This document shows, one piece after another, positions 38,239-48,014 of a stretch of DNA of 64,000 bases (position 1 is its first letter; every line of letters starts with the position of its first letter). A program made the position numbers and the translations under genes. Source of the stretch: Acidimicrobiia bacterium (GTDB lineage Bacteria; Actinomycetota; Acidimicrobiia; Spongiisociales; ZC4RG35); NCBI GenBank assembly GCA_965215185.1, contig OZ244034.1, forward strand, positions 1,696,001-1,760,000. Direction: 5' to 3'. The notes under the pieces are model-generated. The model worked only from the letters and a program-made list of their open reading frames with translations, had not been told where the DNA came from and did no database searches.

Positions 38239-39264
38239 TTAGCTCCCGACGGAAACCTGTTGCCATGACCGGGTGCCCGCACCGGGATAGAGATGACAGG
38301 AGACCCCACGGCCCGGCGTCAACTCGCCGTGTTCGGGGAACACATCGGCGCATTTTTGCATGACATAGGGACAGCGCGGGTGGAAGGTGCACCCACTCGG
38401 CGGGTCGATCGGGCTGGGGACCTCTCCCTCCAGAATGATCTCCTGGCTCTGTATGTCGGGATGAGCGGGAGGAACGGCCGACAGCAGCGCCTCGGTATAG
38501 GGATGGGCGGGGGTGGTGAACAACGACTCTGCACCGGCCAACTCGATCACCCGGCCCAGGTACATCACCATCACCCGGTCGGAGAGGTGAGCCACCCCGC
38601 TCAGGTCGTGGGAGATGAGCAGATAGGCCAGGCCCAATTGTTCCTGCAGGTCGGCCAGAAGGTTCATCACCTGAGCGCGAATCGAGACGTCCAGGGCGGA
38701 CACCGGCTCGTCAAGGATCACCACTTTGGGGCTGGGGGCCAAGGCGCGGGCGATGGCGATCCGCTGTCGTTGGCCGCCACTGAATTCATGGGGGTAGAGA
38801 CTGGAGTGGGCGCGATAATCGAGCCCCACCTGGTTCATCACCTCCCCTACCCGGTCAGTGGTCTCCTCCTGGCTTAGCCGACCGACCGACCGGACGGGCT
38901 CGGCGATGATATCTCGGATCCTCATCCGAGGAGAAAGGGACGAAAACGGGTCCTGAAAGACCACCTGCACATTGCGGCGGTACTCCACCAGTCCATCTTT
39001 CTGATGGATTCTCACCGGGTCGCCCATGAACAAGATCTGTCCCTCGGTGGGCATCTCCAGCAGCAGCAACAAGCGGGCCAGGGTGGTCTTCCCACAACCC
39101 GACTCTCCGACCACTCCCAATGTCTCCCCGGGCCACAGTTGCAGGTCTATCCCGTTCACCGCCTTCACCACCCCCTCGCTTCCAAACCCCAGAGCGCCGG
39201 TCATCGCGAAGTGCTTGTGCAGGCCCTTAGCCTCTAGCAGCGGCTGGGAATTGTCGGTCATCAT
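38239..39264 (-). CDS. Peptide/nickel-type ABC ATPase (DppF-like)
   Basis: GESGCGKT, FSGGQRQR, DEPVSALD, HPRCP. Confidence 0.95.
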   Translation of the reverse strand: MMTDNSQPLLEAKGLHKHFAMTGALGFGSEGVVKAVNGIDLQLWPGETLGVVGESGCGKTTLARLLLLLEMPTEGQILFMGDPVRIHQKDGLVEYRRNVQVVFQDPFSSLSPRMRIRDIIAEPVRSVGRLSQEETTDRVGEVMNQVGLDYRAHSSLYPHEFSGGQRQRIAIARALAPSPKVVILDEPVSALDVSIRAQVMNLLADLQEQLGLAYLLISHDLSGVAHLSDRVMVMYLGRVIELAGAESLFTTPAHPYTEALLSAVPPAHPDIQSQEIILEGEVPSPIDPPSGCTFHPRCPYVMQKCADVFPEHGELTPGRGVSCHLYPGAGTRSWQQVSVGS

Positions 39265-40889
39265 CTCCCTGCAAACGGGGGGGCAAATCGGTGATCTCCC
39301 AGCATCTCTCGCAGATGGCGCTTGAGCACCTTCCCTTGAGCATCCACTGGCAAGTCAGGGACGAACTCTACTCGCTTGGGGGTCTTGAAGCCGGCCAACC
39401 GCTGACGGCAATAGTCGATCAGATCCGCCTCTGTGACGCCGGCGCTTTCCTCAAGCACCACCGCCGCGGTCACCGCCTCGGTCCACTCCGGATGGGCAAT
39501 GCCCACTACCGACACCTCCGCCACGGCAGGGTGACCCCGGATCGTCTCCTCCACCTCGGCGGAGGAGACATTCATACCTCCCGTTTTGATCATGTCCTTC
39601 AGACGGTCGTAAAAAAAGAGATTCCCGGAAGCATCACGGCGGACCAGATCGCCGGTGTGCAGCCACCCGTCGCGGAGCACCGCGGCGGTGGACTCCGGGT
39701 TCCGGTAATAGCCCACCATCACTCCCGGCGAGCGGCACAGCATCTCACCCACTTCGCAATCCACGCCATCGGGTCCCACCACCCGCACTTCCACGTGGGG
39801 CGCCGGTTTTCCGATCCAGCGTGGGTCCTGTTCGGGGACTTCGCCGAGACCCCGAAAGAACCCGATCACTCCCAGTTGGCTCAGCTCCGACTGCCCCCAG
39901 TAGGTGGCCCAGATCACCTGGGGGGCGCGGCTTTGCAAATCGGACACCACCTGAAAGGGAATAGGGCCTCCATAGACATGGGCTTGGCGCAATGAAGAGA
40001 GATCCCGGACGGAGAAGTCGCGGTGTCTGACCATGCGCCAATAGAAGGTGGGAGTCTGAGAGGTATTGGTCACTGCCTCGACTTCGATGGCCTCCAAGAC
40101 CGCCCCCGGCCGGGTGTGAGGAATCATGACCAGGGTCGCTCCTATCGAGATCAGGTTGGTGACGGTCCCCGTACCGGCCATGGTGTAGACGGGAGCCAAC
40201 AGCAAGAACACATCCGAGGCTTTCACGTATCCCTCATACGACCAGGAAGGGGTGGTGGAGATCATCATCGCCCGGTGGGTGACCATGACCCCCTTGGGGG
40301 CGCTCTCGGTGCCGCTGGTGTACATCACCATCGCCACATCGGACTCCTCCACCAATGTTTGGGGCATCAGCCCGGGCGTGTTTTTCAGCATTTCCATCAT
40401 GCTGATCTCGTTCGGCGCGGTTTTTTCTTCCATGACCACCAATCGGGGGGCAAACTCGGCAAGACGTACTCCTTCCCGAGCGCGATCGGCCATTCCGGGT
40501 CCTACTATCAGGACCCGGGGTGTGGCGTGGTCGACTTGGCGGGCCACCTCCGACGGGGTGTAGGAAGGACTGAGAGGAGTGAACACCGCGCTCTGTTTGA
40601 GGATTCCGTAGTAGATGCCCACATATTCGGGGGTGTTGCGACTCATCACCGCCACTCGGTCCCCTCTTTTCACTCCCAGGCGGGCCAGACCGTGGGCCAC
40701 CCGGTTGGAAAGCACCTCCAGTTCCCCATAGGTGACAACTCTTCGGCTACCGTCGCCCGAACGGGCGATCACCGCCGGTTTGTCGGCCTGGCGGGCGGCC
40801 TGGCGACGGAGCACATCCCCCAGCGCAGCCCGTCGCAGCAGATTCTCCGTTAGAGCACGTGTGTTTGCCACCGGGTTGGTTGAGGTCAT
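39261..40889 (-). CDS. Acyl-CoA synthetase (AMP-binding)
   Basis: YTSGTESAPKG, WGQSE, HTGD, KTGG.NV, GKVLK; start refined to ATG 40889. Confidence 0.93.
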   Translation of the reverse strand: MTSTNPVANTRALTENLLRRAALGDVLRRQAARQADKPAVIARSGDGSRRVVTYGELEVLSNRVAHGLARLGVKRGDRVAVMSRNTPEYVGIYYGILKQSAVFTPLSPSYTPSEVARQVDHATPRVLIVGPGMADRAREGVRLAEFAPRLVVMEEKTAPNEISMMEMLKNTPGLMPQTLVEESDVAMVMYTSGTESAPKGVMVTHRAMMISTTPSWSYEGYVKASDVFLLLAPVYTMAGTGTVTNLISIGATLVMIPHTRPGAVLEAIEVEAVTNTSQTPTFYWRMVRHRDFSVRDLSSLRQAHVYGGPIPFQVVSDLQSRAPQVIWATYWGQSELSQLGVIGFFRGLGEVPEQDPRWIGKPAPHVEVRVVGPDGVDCEVGEMLCRSPGVMVGYYRNPESTAAVLRDGWLHTGDLVRRDASGNLFFYDRLKDMIKTGGMNVSSAEVEETIRGHPAVAEVSVVGIAHPEWTEAVTAAVVLEESAGVTEADLIDYCRQRLAGFKTPKRVEFVPDLPVDAQGKVLKRHLREMLGDHRFAPPFAGR

Positions 40890-40911
40890 GGCCGGACCTG
40901 GTCTACCTGGT

Positions 40912-42087
40912 CTATTTCGATTCCAAAATGGCGCCCAGCGCGCGAAGAAAACGCGCCCCCGTGGCCCCGTCCACCACCCGGTGATCGAAGGCTCCGGACA
41001 CATGGCAGGTGGGCTCGGCCACCACCCGGCCATCCACCACCCGAGGCCGGTCGGCCACCGTGCCGAAATAGATGGTGGCAGCCGTGTTCAGGCTGATGAT
41101 CGGGGTGCCGAAGTCAACCCCACTCGGACCCAGATTGGAAGTGGTGATGGTGGCCCCTCCGATGTCGGAGAAAGTGAGCTTTCGGCGCCGGGCGGCCTGG
41201 GCGAGACGCCGTATCTCCTCGGACAGTTCCTCCAGTCCCAACGCCTGTGCGCCTTGCACCACCGGAGCGGCCAGTCCATGTTCGGTGTCCACTCCCACCG
41301 CCACGTTTACCTCGTCGTAGATGACCACCGACTTTCCCTGCGCAGATGCATTTACTTCCGGAACCTCGCAGCAGGCTCCCACCACCGCCGCCACCATCAA
41401 ATCATTGAGTGAAACCTGTCCCCCCGCCGCCTGATGTGCTTTGCGTTGAGCAATGAGCGCAGCCGCCGACACCAACAGGGTCTGCGAAAAGTGGGGAATC
41501 TCCGTCCAGTTGCGAGCCATGGCCGCCGCCATCGCCCGCGGGTACCCACGCAAGGGCCGTTTCTCCCGCACTGCGGGACCGGACGGCGATTTCTCGGCCG
41601 CGGCGGCTTCCACATCGTCGGGGGTGATGATCCCCACCCGACCGGTCCCCTCCACCGACGCCAAGTCCACTCCCAGACTTTTGGCCAGGGCCCGGGCCTT
41701 GGGCATGGCCCGGATACGCTTGCTTTCGGGGTCCTGCCTCTTCTCCGGTATCGGCGCAACCGCCGCGGGGGGCGGCGGCGCTGCGGGCGGACCGGTCGGG
41801 CCCGACTCTCGGCCGATAATCTGGGTGACCTGCGACGGTGTGGGGTTTTCTCCCACCTCGGCCAGAACCGCCACCACCTCGCCCACCCTCACTTCGGCAG
41901 CCGCAGGCGCCACGATTCTCACCAGCACGCCGGGGGTCATCGACTCCACCACGATGACGCTTTTTTCGTTCTCCACCTCGTAGAGGGCATCCCCAACCGC
42001 CACCTCGTCTCCCTCGGCCTTGTGCCAGGCGACAATGGCACCCATCTCCATGGTTTCTCCCAAAGCGGGAAGTCTCAATACTTGCAT
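40912..42087 (-). CDS. 2-oxoacid dehydrogenase E2 (dihydrolipoamide acyltransferase)
   Basis: Lipoyl domain VENEKS, E3-binding GTGRVG..DDV, catalytic DHRVVDG. Confidence 0.93.
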   Translation of the reverse strand: MQVLRLPALGETMEMGAIVAWHKAEGDEVAVGDALYEVENEKSVIVVESMTPGVLVRIVAPAAAEVRVGEVVAVLAEVGENPTPSQVTQIIGRESGPTGPPAAPPPPAAVAPIPEKRQDPESKRIRAMPKARALAKSLGVDLASVEGTGRVGIITPDDVEAAAAEKSPSGPAVREKRPLRGYPRAMAAAMARNWTEIPHFSQTLLVSAAALIAQRKAHQAAGGQVSLNDLMVAAVVGACCEVPEVNASAQGKSVVIYDEVNVAVGVDTEHGLAAPVVQGAQALGLEELSEEIRRLAQAARRRKLTFSDIGGATITTSNLGPSGVDFGTPIISLNTAATIYFGTVADRPRVVDGRVVAEPTCHVSGAFDHRVVDGATGARFLRALGAILESK

Positions 42088-42093
42088 TTGCGT

Positions 42094-43080
42094 CTAGTCA
42101 AGCCTCCTTACCGCCTCCATCACGGAAGCAGCGGTAGGTATCAGGAACTGTTGAAGGTAGCGGCTTTGGGGGATGGGAACATCGGCGGACGCCACCCGTA
42201 TGATCGGCGACTCTAGGTACTCAAGGGCTTCCTCGGCGATGATCGCCGCCACCTCGCCTCCCGCCCCCCCGGTCTTGGGCGCCTCGTGGGCGATCACCAC
42301 CCTCCCGGTCTTTGCCACCGATTCGAGGATGGTGTCAATGTCGAGCGGACGCAGGCCCCGAGGATCGACAACTTCCACATCTATCCCTTCGGCCGCCAAC
42401 TGCTCGGCGGCCCGCAGCGACTCCCCCACCATCCGCGACCAAGCGATCACCGTCACGTCGCTCCCCTCCCGTTTCACCGCCGCCTTCCCCAGCGGCACCA
42501 GGTGATCACCGGTGGGGACCTCTCCCCGGTGGGCGTACAGGCCGGCATGCTCGAAGAACAGCACCGGGTTGTCATCGCGGATCGAGGACTTCAGGAGCCC
42601 GAGGGCGTCGGCGGGGTCGGATGGGATCACCACATATGCGCCGGAAGCGCTCAGGAACAGGGCTTCGGGGCTGACATCATGCTCGGGACCCGCGCCCTTG
42701 GCGCCCTCCGGCAGCCTGATCACCAGCGGAACGGTGAACACTCCCCCATGCATGTACCGCCATCGGGCCACCTTGTGGTAAAGCTCATCCATGGCGATCC
42801 CGAAATAACCGCTCGACTGCAATTCCGCCACCGGCCGCAATCCGGTGATGGCGGCTCCCACCGCCGCGCCCACAATCATGGTCTCCGAGATGGGGGTGTC
42901 GATGACCCGCTCGGGCCCGAACCGCTCCAAGAGCCCGGCGGTCGCCCCGTAGATGCCGCCGTAGACGGCCACATCCTCTCCCCAGACGAACACTCGCTCG
43001 TCGCGCTCCATTTCTTCGTGGAGCGCCTCGCGAATGGCCTGGGAGAAGGTGAGTCGGCGAGTTGTGGCTGGTGCGCTCAT
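42094..43080 (-). CDS. 2-oxoacid/acetoin dehydrogenase E1 beta
   Basis: GEDV, DTPISE, NPVLFFEH, KTGR. Confidence 0.93.
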   Translation of the reverse strand: MSAPATTRRLTFSQAIREALHEEMERDERVFVWGEDVAVYGGIYGATAGLLERFGPERVIDTPISETMIVGAAVGAAITGLRPVAELQSSGYFGIAMDELYHKVARWRYMHGGVFTVPLVIRLPEGAKGAGPEHDVSPEALFLSASGAYVVIPSDPADALGLLKSSIRDDNPVLFFEHAGLYAHRGEVPTGDHLVPLGKAAVKREGSDVTVIAWSRMVGESLRAAEQLAAEGIDVEVVDPRGLRPLDIDTILESVAKTGRVVIAHEAPKTGGAGGEVAAIIAEEALEYLESPIIRVASADVPIPQSRYLQQFLIPTAASVMEAVRRLD

Positions 43081-44039
43081 ACGTAAAGGCCCTCGAAGAG
43101 GCGTTCGGGACCGGGCATGGGCGCCGAGGCTGCCTCTTCCACTGCCTCGTCCACTTTCTCCTGGACACGTTTGTCGAGGTCCTCCAGTTGTCCGATAGTA
43201 ACTACGCCCTCGGTAACCAGTCGAGCGCCCAGGGTGGTGATGGGGTCGAGTTCTCTCAGCCGGGCAGTCTCCTCCTCGGTGCGGTACACCTGCGGATCCC
43301 CCTCATAGTGCCCCCGGAAGCGATGGCACATCGCCTCGATGAGAGTGGGGCCCTCCCCCGCTCGGGCGCGGTCCACCGCTGCCGACGTCGCCTGGTAGAC
43401 CTCGGTGACATCCATGCCGTTGATTCGCACCCCCGGCATCCCGTAGCCCGCCGCCCGGTCCACTATTCGTCCGGCGGTGGATACGGTGGTCGGCACCGAC
43501 ACCGCGTAGCCGTTGTTCTCACAGATCCATATCACCGGGAGCTTCCAGGCCGCGGCGGCGTTCACCGATTCGTGGAAGGCGCCCCGGTTGGCGGTGCCGT
43601 CACCGAAAAAGCACACCACCACCTGATCGGTGCCCCGGTATTTGGCGCTGAATGCCGCCCCCGTGGCAATGGGAAAGCAACTTCCCAGGGTGCCCCCCTG
43701 CCCAAGGATCCCCAGATCGGGGTCGGCGAAGTGGGGGATCCCCGCTCCCAACCCGCCGGTGGCCCCGGCGGTGTTGGCCATCAGGTCCCCGAACATGGCC
43801 GTCATCGACATGCCCTTGGCGATGGTGTACCCGAATCCCCGGTGGGCGTACAAAAGGTAGTCATCACGCCGAAGCGGCGCCACCCCGCCCGTCGGGATCG
43901 CCTCCTGTCCCCGTCCCGAGTGGTATCCGGCCAAGACCCTCCCCTCCTGCAGCAGTCGAAGAGCGGTCTGATCCCATAGCTTGATGGTGACCATCATCTC
44001 ATACAGTTGCAGGAGTGTTCCGGTGTCCATCGCAGTCAT
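43077..44039 (-). CDS. 2-oxoacid/acetoin dehydrogenase E1 alpha (TPP)
   Basis: GQEA, HRG, GDG...ENN TPP motif, RFRGHYEGD. Confidence 0.93.
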   Translation of the reverse strand: MTAMDTGTLLQLYEMMVTIKLWDQTALRLLQEGRVLAGYHSGRGQEAIPTGGVAPLRRDDYLLYAHRGFGYTIAKGMSMTAMFGDLMANTAGATGGLGAGIPHFADPDLGILGQGGTLGSCFPIATGAAFSAKYRGTDQVVVCFFGDGTANRGAFHESVNAAAAWKLPVIWICENNGYAVSVPTTVSTAGRIVDRAAGYGMPGVRINGMDVTEVYQATSAAVDRARAGEGPTLIEAMCHRFRGHYEGDPQVYRTEEETARLRELDPITTLGARLVTEGVVTIGQLEDLDKRVQEKVDEAVEEAASAPMPGPERLFEGLYV

Positions 44040-44110
44040 TGTCCGCTCACCTCTGTGTTGCCAGTCATCACCTTACCGGATGCCGGGGTACGGCTTTCCT
44101 GGTAGGCGGG

Positions 44111-44878
44111 TCAATACATCACGATCCCGCCGTTGACGTTCAAGTCCTCTCCCGTGATGAAAACCGACGCCGGGCTGAGCAGGAACAGCACCACGCTGGC
44201 GATCTCCTCGGGCAGGGCGGGTCTTCCCAGTTGGGCGGTGGCCGCCGCCGCTTCCAGGTCCACTCCCTCCACCAACTGAGAGGCTTCATCGCCGAAGCCG
44301 CTGCGCATGGGGGTGTCGACATGTCCCGGACAGATCGAGTTGACCGCGATGTCGGGCGCCAACGCCTTGGCCGCGGAGCGGGTGAGGCTGATCACAGCCG
44401 CTTTGGAGGAGTTGTAGGGAGCTGAGTACGGCCCGGGGACCTTCGCCGCGTTGGAGGCGATGTTGACGATCCTTCCCCCTCCCGCGGCGCGCATCAGCGG
44501 AGCGGCGTGCTTGGTCATCAGGTAGGTCCCGAACAGGTTGATCTTTAGTTCCGGCTCCCAGTCCGCCCAGGTCATCTCCTCGAAGGGGTGCGCTCGGCCG
44601 ATGGCCGCACAATGGGCCAGGCCCGACAGCACTCCTCCGCTTGCTTCCGCCATCTGACGGTAACCGTCGGCCACCGACTGTTCCTCGGAGACATCAACCA
44701 CCACCGCCATCGCGGTCCCCGGTCCGCTCATGTCATCAACCGCCCGACGAAGACGGTCCTCGGCGAAGTCGAAACACCAAACTCTGCCTCCCTCGGCCAC
44801 CAGTAACTCGGCCGTGGCTCGACCTATCCCTCGGCCGGCCCCGGTCACCACGAATTCCTTACCTGCGAAATAACTCAT
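44111..44878 (-). CDS. SDR family oxidoreductase
   Basis: TGAGRGIG, YNSSK, PG; start ATG 44878 with TAATCT 7 nt upstream. Confidence 0.93.
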   Translation of the reverse strand: MSYFAGKEFVVTGAGRGIGRATAELLVAEGGRVWCFDFAEDRLRRAVDDMSGPGTAMAVVVDVSEEQSVADGYRQMAEASGGVLSGLAHCAAIGRAHPFEEMTWADWEPELKINLFGTYLMTKHAAPLMRAAGGGRIVNIASNAAKVPGPYSAPYNSSKAAVISLTRSAAKALAPDIAVNSICPGHVDTPMRSGFGDEASQLVEGVDLEAAAATAQLGRPALPEEIASVVLFLLSPASVFITGEDLNVNGGIVMY

Positions 44879-44910
44879 CCTCGACAGATTACCTGTCGGC
44901 TCCAGGCTCG

Positions 44911-45405
44911 TCACTCGTCTGCTCGGGCGCCCTTCCTGCCGGGACGGCGGGGCAGCCAACGACCTACCTGTTCCAAGTACGCCTTGTATTCGTCTCCGAA
45001 CTCTTTAGATAGGTGGGGCTCTTCGTAGAGCCGCACGAACAAGGAGAAAAAGACGAATAGTGCGACCGCGTACACCACCAGGATGACCGCTGACAAGAAG
45101 ATGGCCCATCCGCCCACCACGGTCAGGATCGCCACGTACATGGGGTTTCGGGTGTAGCGGTAGAAACCTCGTATCACCAGTCTCTTCGGCGCGTCGATGG
45201 GCGCGGGGGTGCCCTTCCCGAATACCGCGAAGTCCCACACACAGCGCAGATAGACGAAACTACCGAGTGCCAGCAGGCAGAAGGCCAGCGGCCCCGGCAG
45301 CCCCATGGGTTCTGTGCTGTCAGCCGCAAGCCAGGGTGGAACCAGCCCAGCAAACGTGCCGGGCATCACCACCGTGAACAGCGCGTTCTTCAAAAAGAGC
45401 TTCAC
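44911..45405 (-). CDS. Isoprenylcysteine carboxyl methyltransferase/PEMT-like membrane protein
   Basis: GKGTPAP, GFYRYTRNPMY, EEPHL...FG..Y..Y...V.RW. Confidence 0.88.
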   Translation of the reverse strand: MKLFLKNALFTVVMPGTFAGLVPPWLAADSTEPMGLPGPLAFCLLALGSFVYLRCVWDFAVFGKGTPAPIDAPKRLVIRGFYRYTRNPMYVAILTVVGGWAIFLSAVILVVYAVALFVFFSLFVRLYEEPHLSKEFGDEYKAYLEQVGRWLPRRPGRKGARADE

Positions 45406-45455
45406 ACTATGTCATCCTAAGCTAGCCGTTAAGGTGCCTCGGCCTCCGCCGAATC

Positions 45456-46679
45456 TCAACCACCGTCGGGATCTAACAAACCGACAGTGTCTCGGGCGAT
45501 CAACGATTCTTCATCGGTGGGGATCACCCATATTGCTGTCGGGCTGTCGTCGGTGCAGATACGTCTTTCCCCCTCTCCGTTGTTTCGAGAAGCATCCAGT
45601 ACCAGGCCCGTGGTCTCCAAGCCGGTCAGCACCATCCGGCGTAGCTCCGCACTGTTTGCCCCGATCCCGCCGGAGAACACAACTCCGTCGCATGGTCCAA
45701 CCTGCACTAAAAATGCACCCAGGTAGCGGCGGACCCGGTGAGCGAAAACCTCCAGGGCCAAAGCGGCCGAGGGATCACCCGACTGGGCCGCCCGACCCAA
45801 CTGCCGGTAATCAGAGGAAATGCCGCTCAGGCCCAGCAAGCCCCCTTCTCTCTCCAAGCCACGGCGAATCTCGGACGGAGACAATCCCGCTTCCATGAGA
45901 TGAAACACCGCGGCCGGGTCTATATCTCCGCTTCGGGTGCCCATTACCAGTCCCTCCAAGGGAGTCATCCCCATTGAGGTGTCCACCGCCCGGCCGTCGC
46001 GGACCGCACACGCCGAGGCGCCGTTTCCCAAATGAAAGGTGACCAGGTTGGGCCGAGGTTTGTCCCAAAGACGCGCGGCCCGTTCCACCAGATAGCGCTG
46101 GCTGATGCCGTGGAATCCGTAGCGGCGCACCCCGTGCTCTCGCCACCAATGGGAGGGAACCGCGTATCGGTAGGCATGCGGTCCCAGAGTGGCAAAGAAA
46201 GCAGTGTCGAACACCGCTACCCCGGTCGCCGCGGGCAGCAGTTCTTGGGTGGCGCGGATACCCGCCCGGTTGGCCGGATTGTGAAGCGGCGCCAGTGAGT
46301 CCAGCGCTTTGATGGCTTCCATTACCGACGAATCGATCACCACCGAGTCGGAGAATCGCTCACCACCATGCACCACCCGGTGCCCCACTCCGACGATCTG
46401 TCCCGGATCGGACAGTGCCGCAGGTGTACCCCATCCAGTGAGCGCCTCAACCACTTGGGCCACGCCCGACCGATAGTCGGTGGCCGCCGCCACCATCGTT
46501 GTTTCCCACTCCCCGACCCGATGCTGGTGCTGGACCCGCTCCGTACCGATTCCTTCGATGATCCCTGCCGCTAGGGCGGCGCCTATCTGGATGTCGTACA
46601 GCTTGTACTTGATGGAGGAACTTCCACAGTTGATCACCAGGATCCGCCTCGGCGTCGACCGCACGGCGTCTCGGCTCAA
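45456..46679 (-). CDS. ackA: Acetate kinase
   Basis: NCGSSSIK, GHRVVHGG, APLHN, FDTAF, GFHG, HLGNG, GTRSGD, TDEE. Confidence 0.96.
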   Translation of the reverse strand: MSRDAVRSTPRRILVINCGSSSIKYKLYDIQIGAALAAGIIEGIGTERVQHQHRVGEWETTMVAAATDYRSGVAQVVEALTGWGTPAALSDPGQIVGVGHRVVHGGERFSDSVVIDSSVMEAIKALDSLAPLHNPANRAGIRATQELLPAATGVAVFDTAFFATLGPHAYRYAVPSHWWREHGVRRYGFHGISQRYLVERAARLWDKPRPNLVTFHLGNGASACAVRDGRAVDTSMGMTPLEGLVMGTRSGDIDPAAVFHLMEAGLSPSEIRRGLEREGGLLGLSGISSDYRQLGRAAQSGDPSAALALEVFAHRVRRYLGAFLVQVGPCDGVVFSGGIGANSAELRRMVLTGLETTGLVLDASRNNGEGERRICTDDSPTAIWVIPTDEESLIARDTVGLLDPDGG

Positions 46680-46683
46680 CTTT

Positions 46684-47805
46684 CTATCTGACTCGCGGCT
46701 CGCGGGGCAGTCCCAGCATTCGCTCGGCTATCACGTTGAGAAGCACCTGGGAGGTTCCCCCTCCGATGGTGAGCGCCGGAGAGAACAAAAAACCCCAGTT
46801 CCACTCGTCGGTCTCCTCACCGTATGGGCCCCGATCGGTACGCATCCCGTCGGCCCCGGCCAGATCCTTGGCCAGATTCATGATCCTCTGTCCCGCCCGG
46901 TCGGCCATCAGCTTCTTGACCTCGGCTATCGCACCCGGCTCCCGCCCAGCGACCAACTCCGTGAGGATCCGCAGGCCTATCAGGTGAATGATTTTGTCTT
47001 CTGTGTAAAGCCGAGCCATCTCCTGGCGGTGGGAATTTTTGCTGACCCCTCCGGCGCGGACCCGCTGCAAGAGATCGTGGATGCTTGGTCCCATCCCCCA
47101 GATCGCTCCTCCCCCCGACAACGCCACCCTCTCGTTGGCCAGGGTGTACTTGGCCGCCCGCCAGCCCCCGTGGAGTTCTCCCACCACGTTCTCGGCGGGG
47201 ATCCGCACATCGGTGAAGAACACCTCGTTGAAATGGCGATTACCGGTCATCTCGATGATCGGCCGGATATCGATCCCCGGCCGTTCCATCGGACAGATGA
47301 ACCAGGATATCCCCCGGTGCTGGGGCGCATTCGGGTCGGTGCGGGCCAAAAGCATCCCGTAGTGGGAAGTCTCCGCTCCGCTGGTCCAGATCTTCTGGCC
47401 GTTGATCACCCATTCGTTTCCGTCGCGTTGCGCACGCGTCTGCAAGGAAGCCAGATCCGAACCCGAGTTGGGCTCGGAAAACAGCTGACACCATTGCTCG
47501 GCGCCAGTGAGAATCGGCCATAGATGCCGCTCTTTTTGTTGGGGTGTGCCGAAGCTCAATAGGGTGGGTGCCGCCCATCCCAGAGCAATCGCATTGTCCG
47601 GGAGATTCACTGCCGCGGCGGCCAGTTCTTCATCAATGATCATCTCTTCGAGGACATCTGCCTCCTGGCCATAGGGTTCCGGGAAGCGAGGCTTCACGTA
47701 ACCGGCCCGGGCCAACTCCTCGGAACTGGGATCGGGATGGTTGGAAAGCCAATCGCGGACCCGTAGGCGGCGGGGATCGTCGGCGGCAGCCAGCGCGAAA
47801 TCCAC
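46684..47805 (-). CDS. Acyl-CoA dehydrogenase
   Basis: WCQLFSEPNSGSDLA, GQKIWTS, FNEVFF, TIGGGTSQV. Confidence 0.93.
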   Translation of the reverse strand: MDFALAAADDPRRLRVRDWLSNHPDPSSEELARAGYVKPRFPEPYGQEADVLEEMIIDEELAAAAVNLPDNAIALGWAAPTLLSFGTPQQKERHLWPILTGAEQWCQLFSEPNSGSDLASLQTRAQRDGNEWVINGQKIWTSGAETSHYGMLLARTDPNAPQHRGISWFICPMERPGIDIRPIIEMTGNRHFNEVFFTDVRIPAENVVGELHGGWRAAKYTLANERVALSGGGAIWGMGPSIHDLLQRVRAGGVSKNSHRQEMARLYTEDKIIHLIGLRILTELVAGREPGAIAEVKKLMADRAGQRIMNLAKDLAGADGMRTDRGPYGEETDEWNWGFLFSPALTIGGGTSQVLLNVIAERMLGLPREPRVR

Positions 47806-48014
47806 CGTTTGCCCTCCTTCCTACCGAGGTCGTCTACAAATCGGTGATAACCGGTTGACCTTTAAATCAACTGGGAAGTAGTTGGTGATTGTAGATGCGG
47901 ATCGAGGAGAAGCAAGATACCTGGCGATTCTGATCCTTGTTCCGTTATCGGTCGGGCAGAATGGGAGTCCATGCCGGTCCTCTTTCCATCGCATTTCAAA
48001 CTGCAAAGGGGTCT

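Noticed and set aside
44138-44147. tRNA T-loop-like GTTCAAGTCC
   Set aside because: Inside the SDR coding sequence; no cloverleaf
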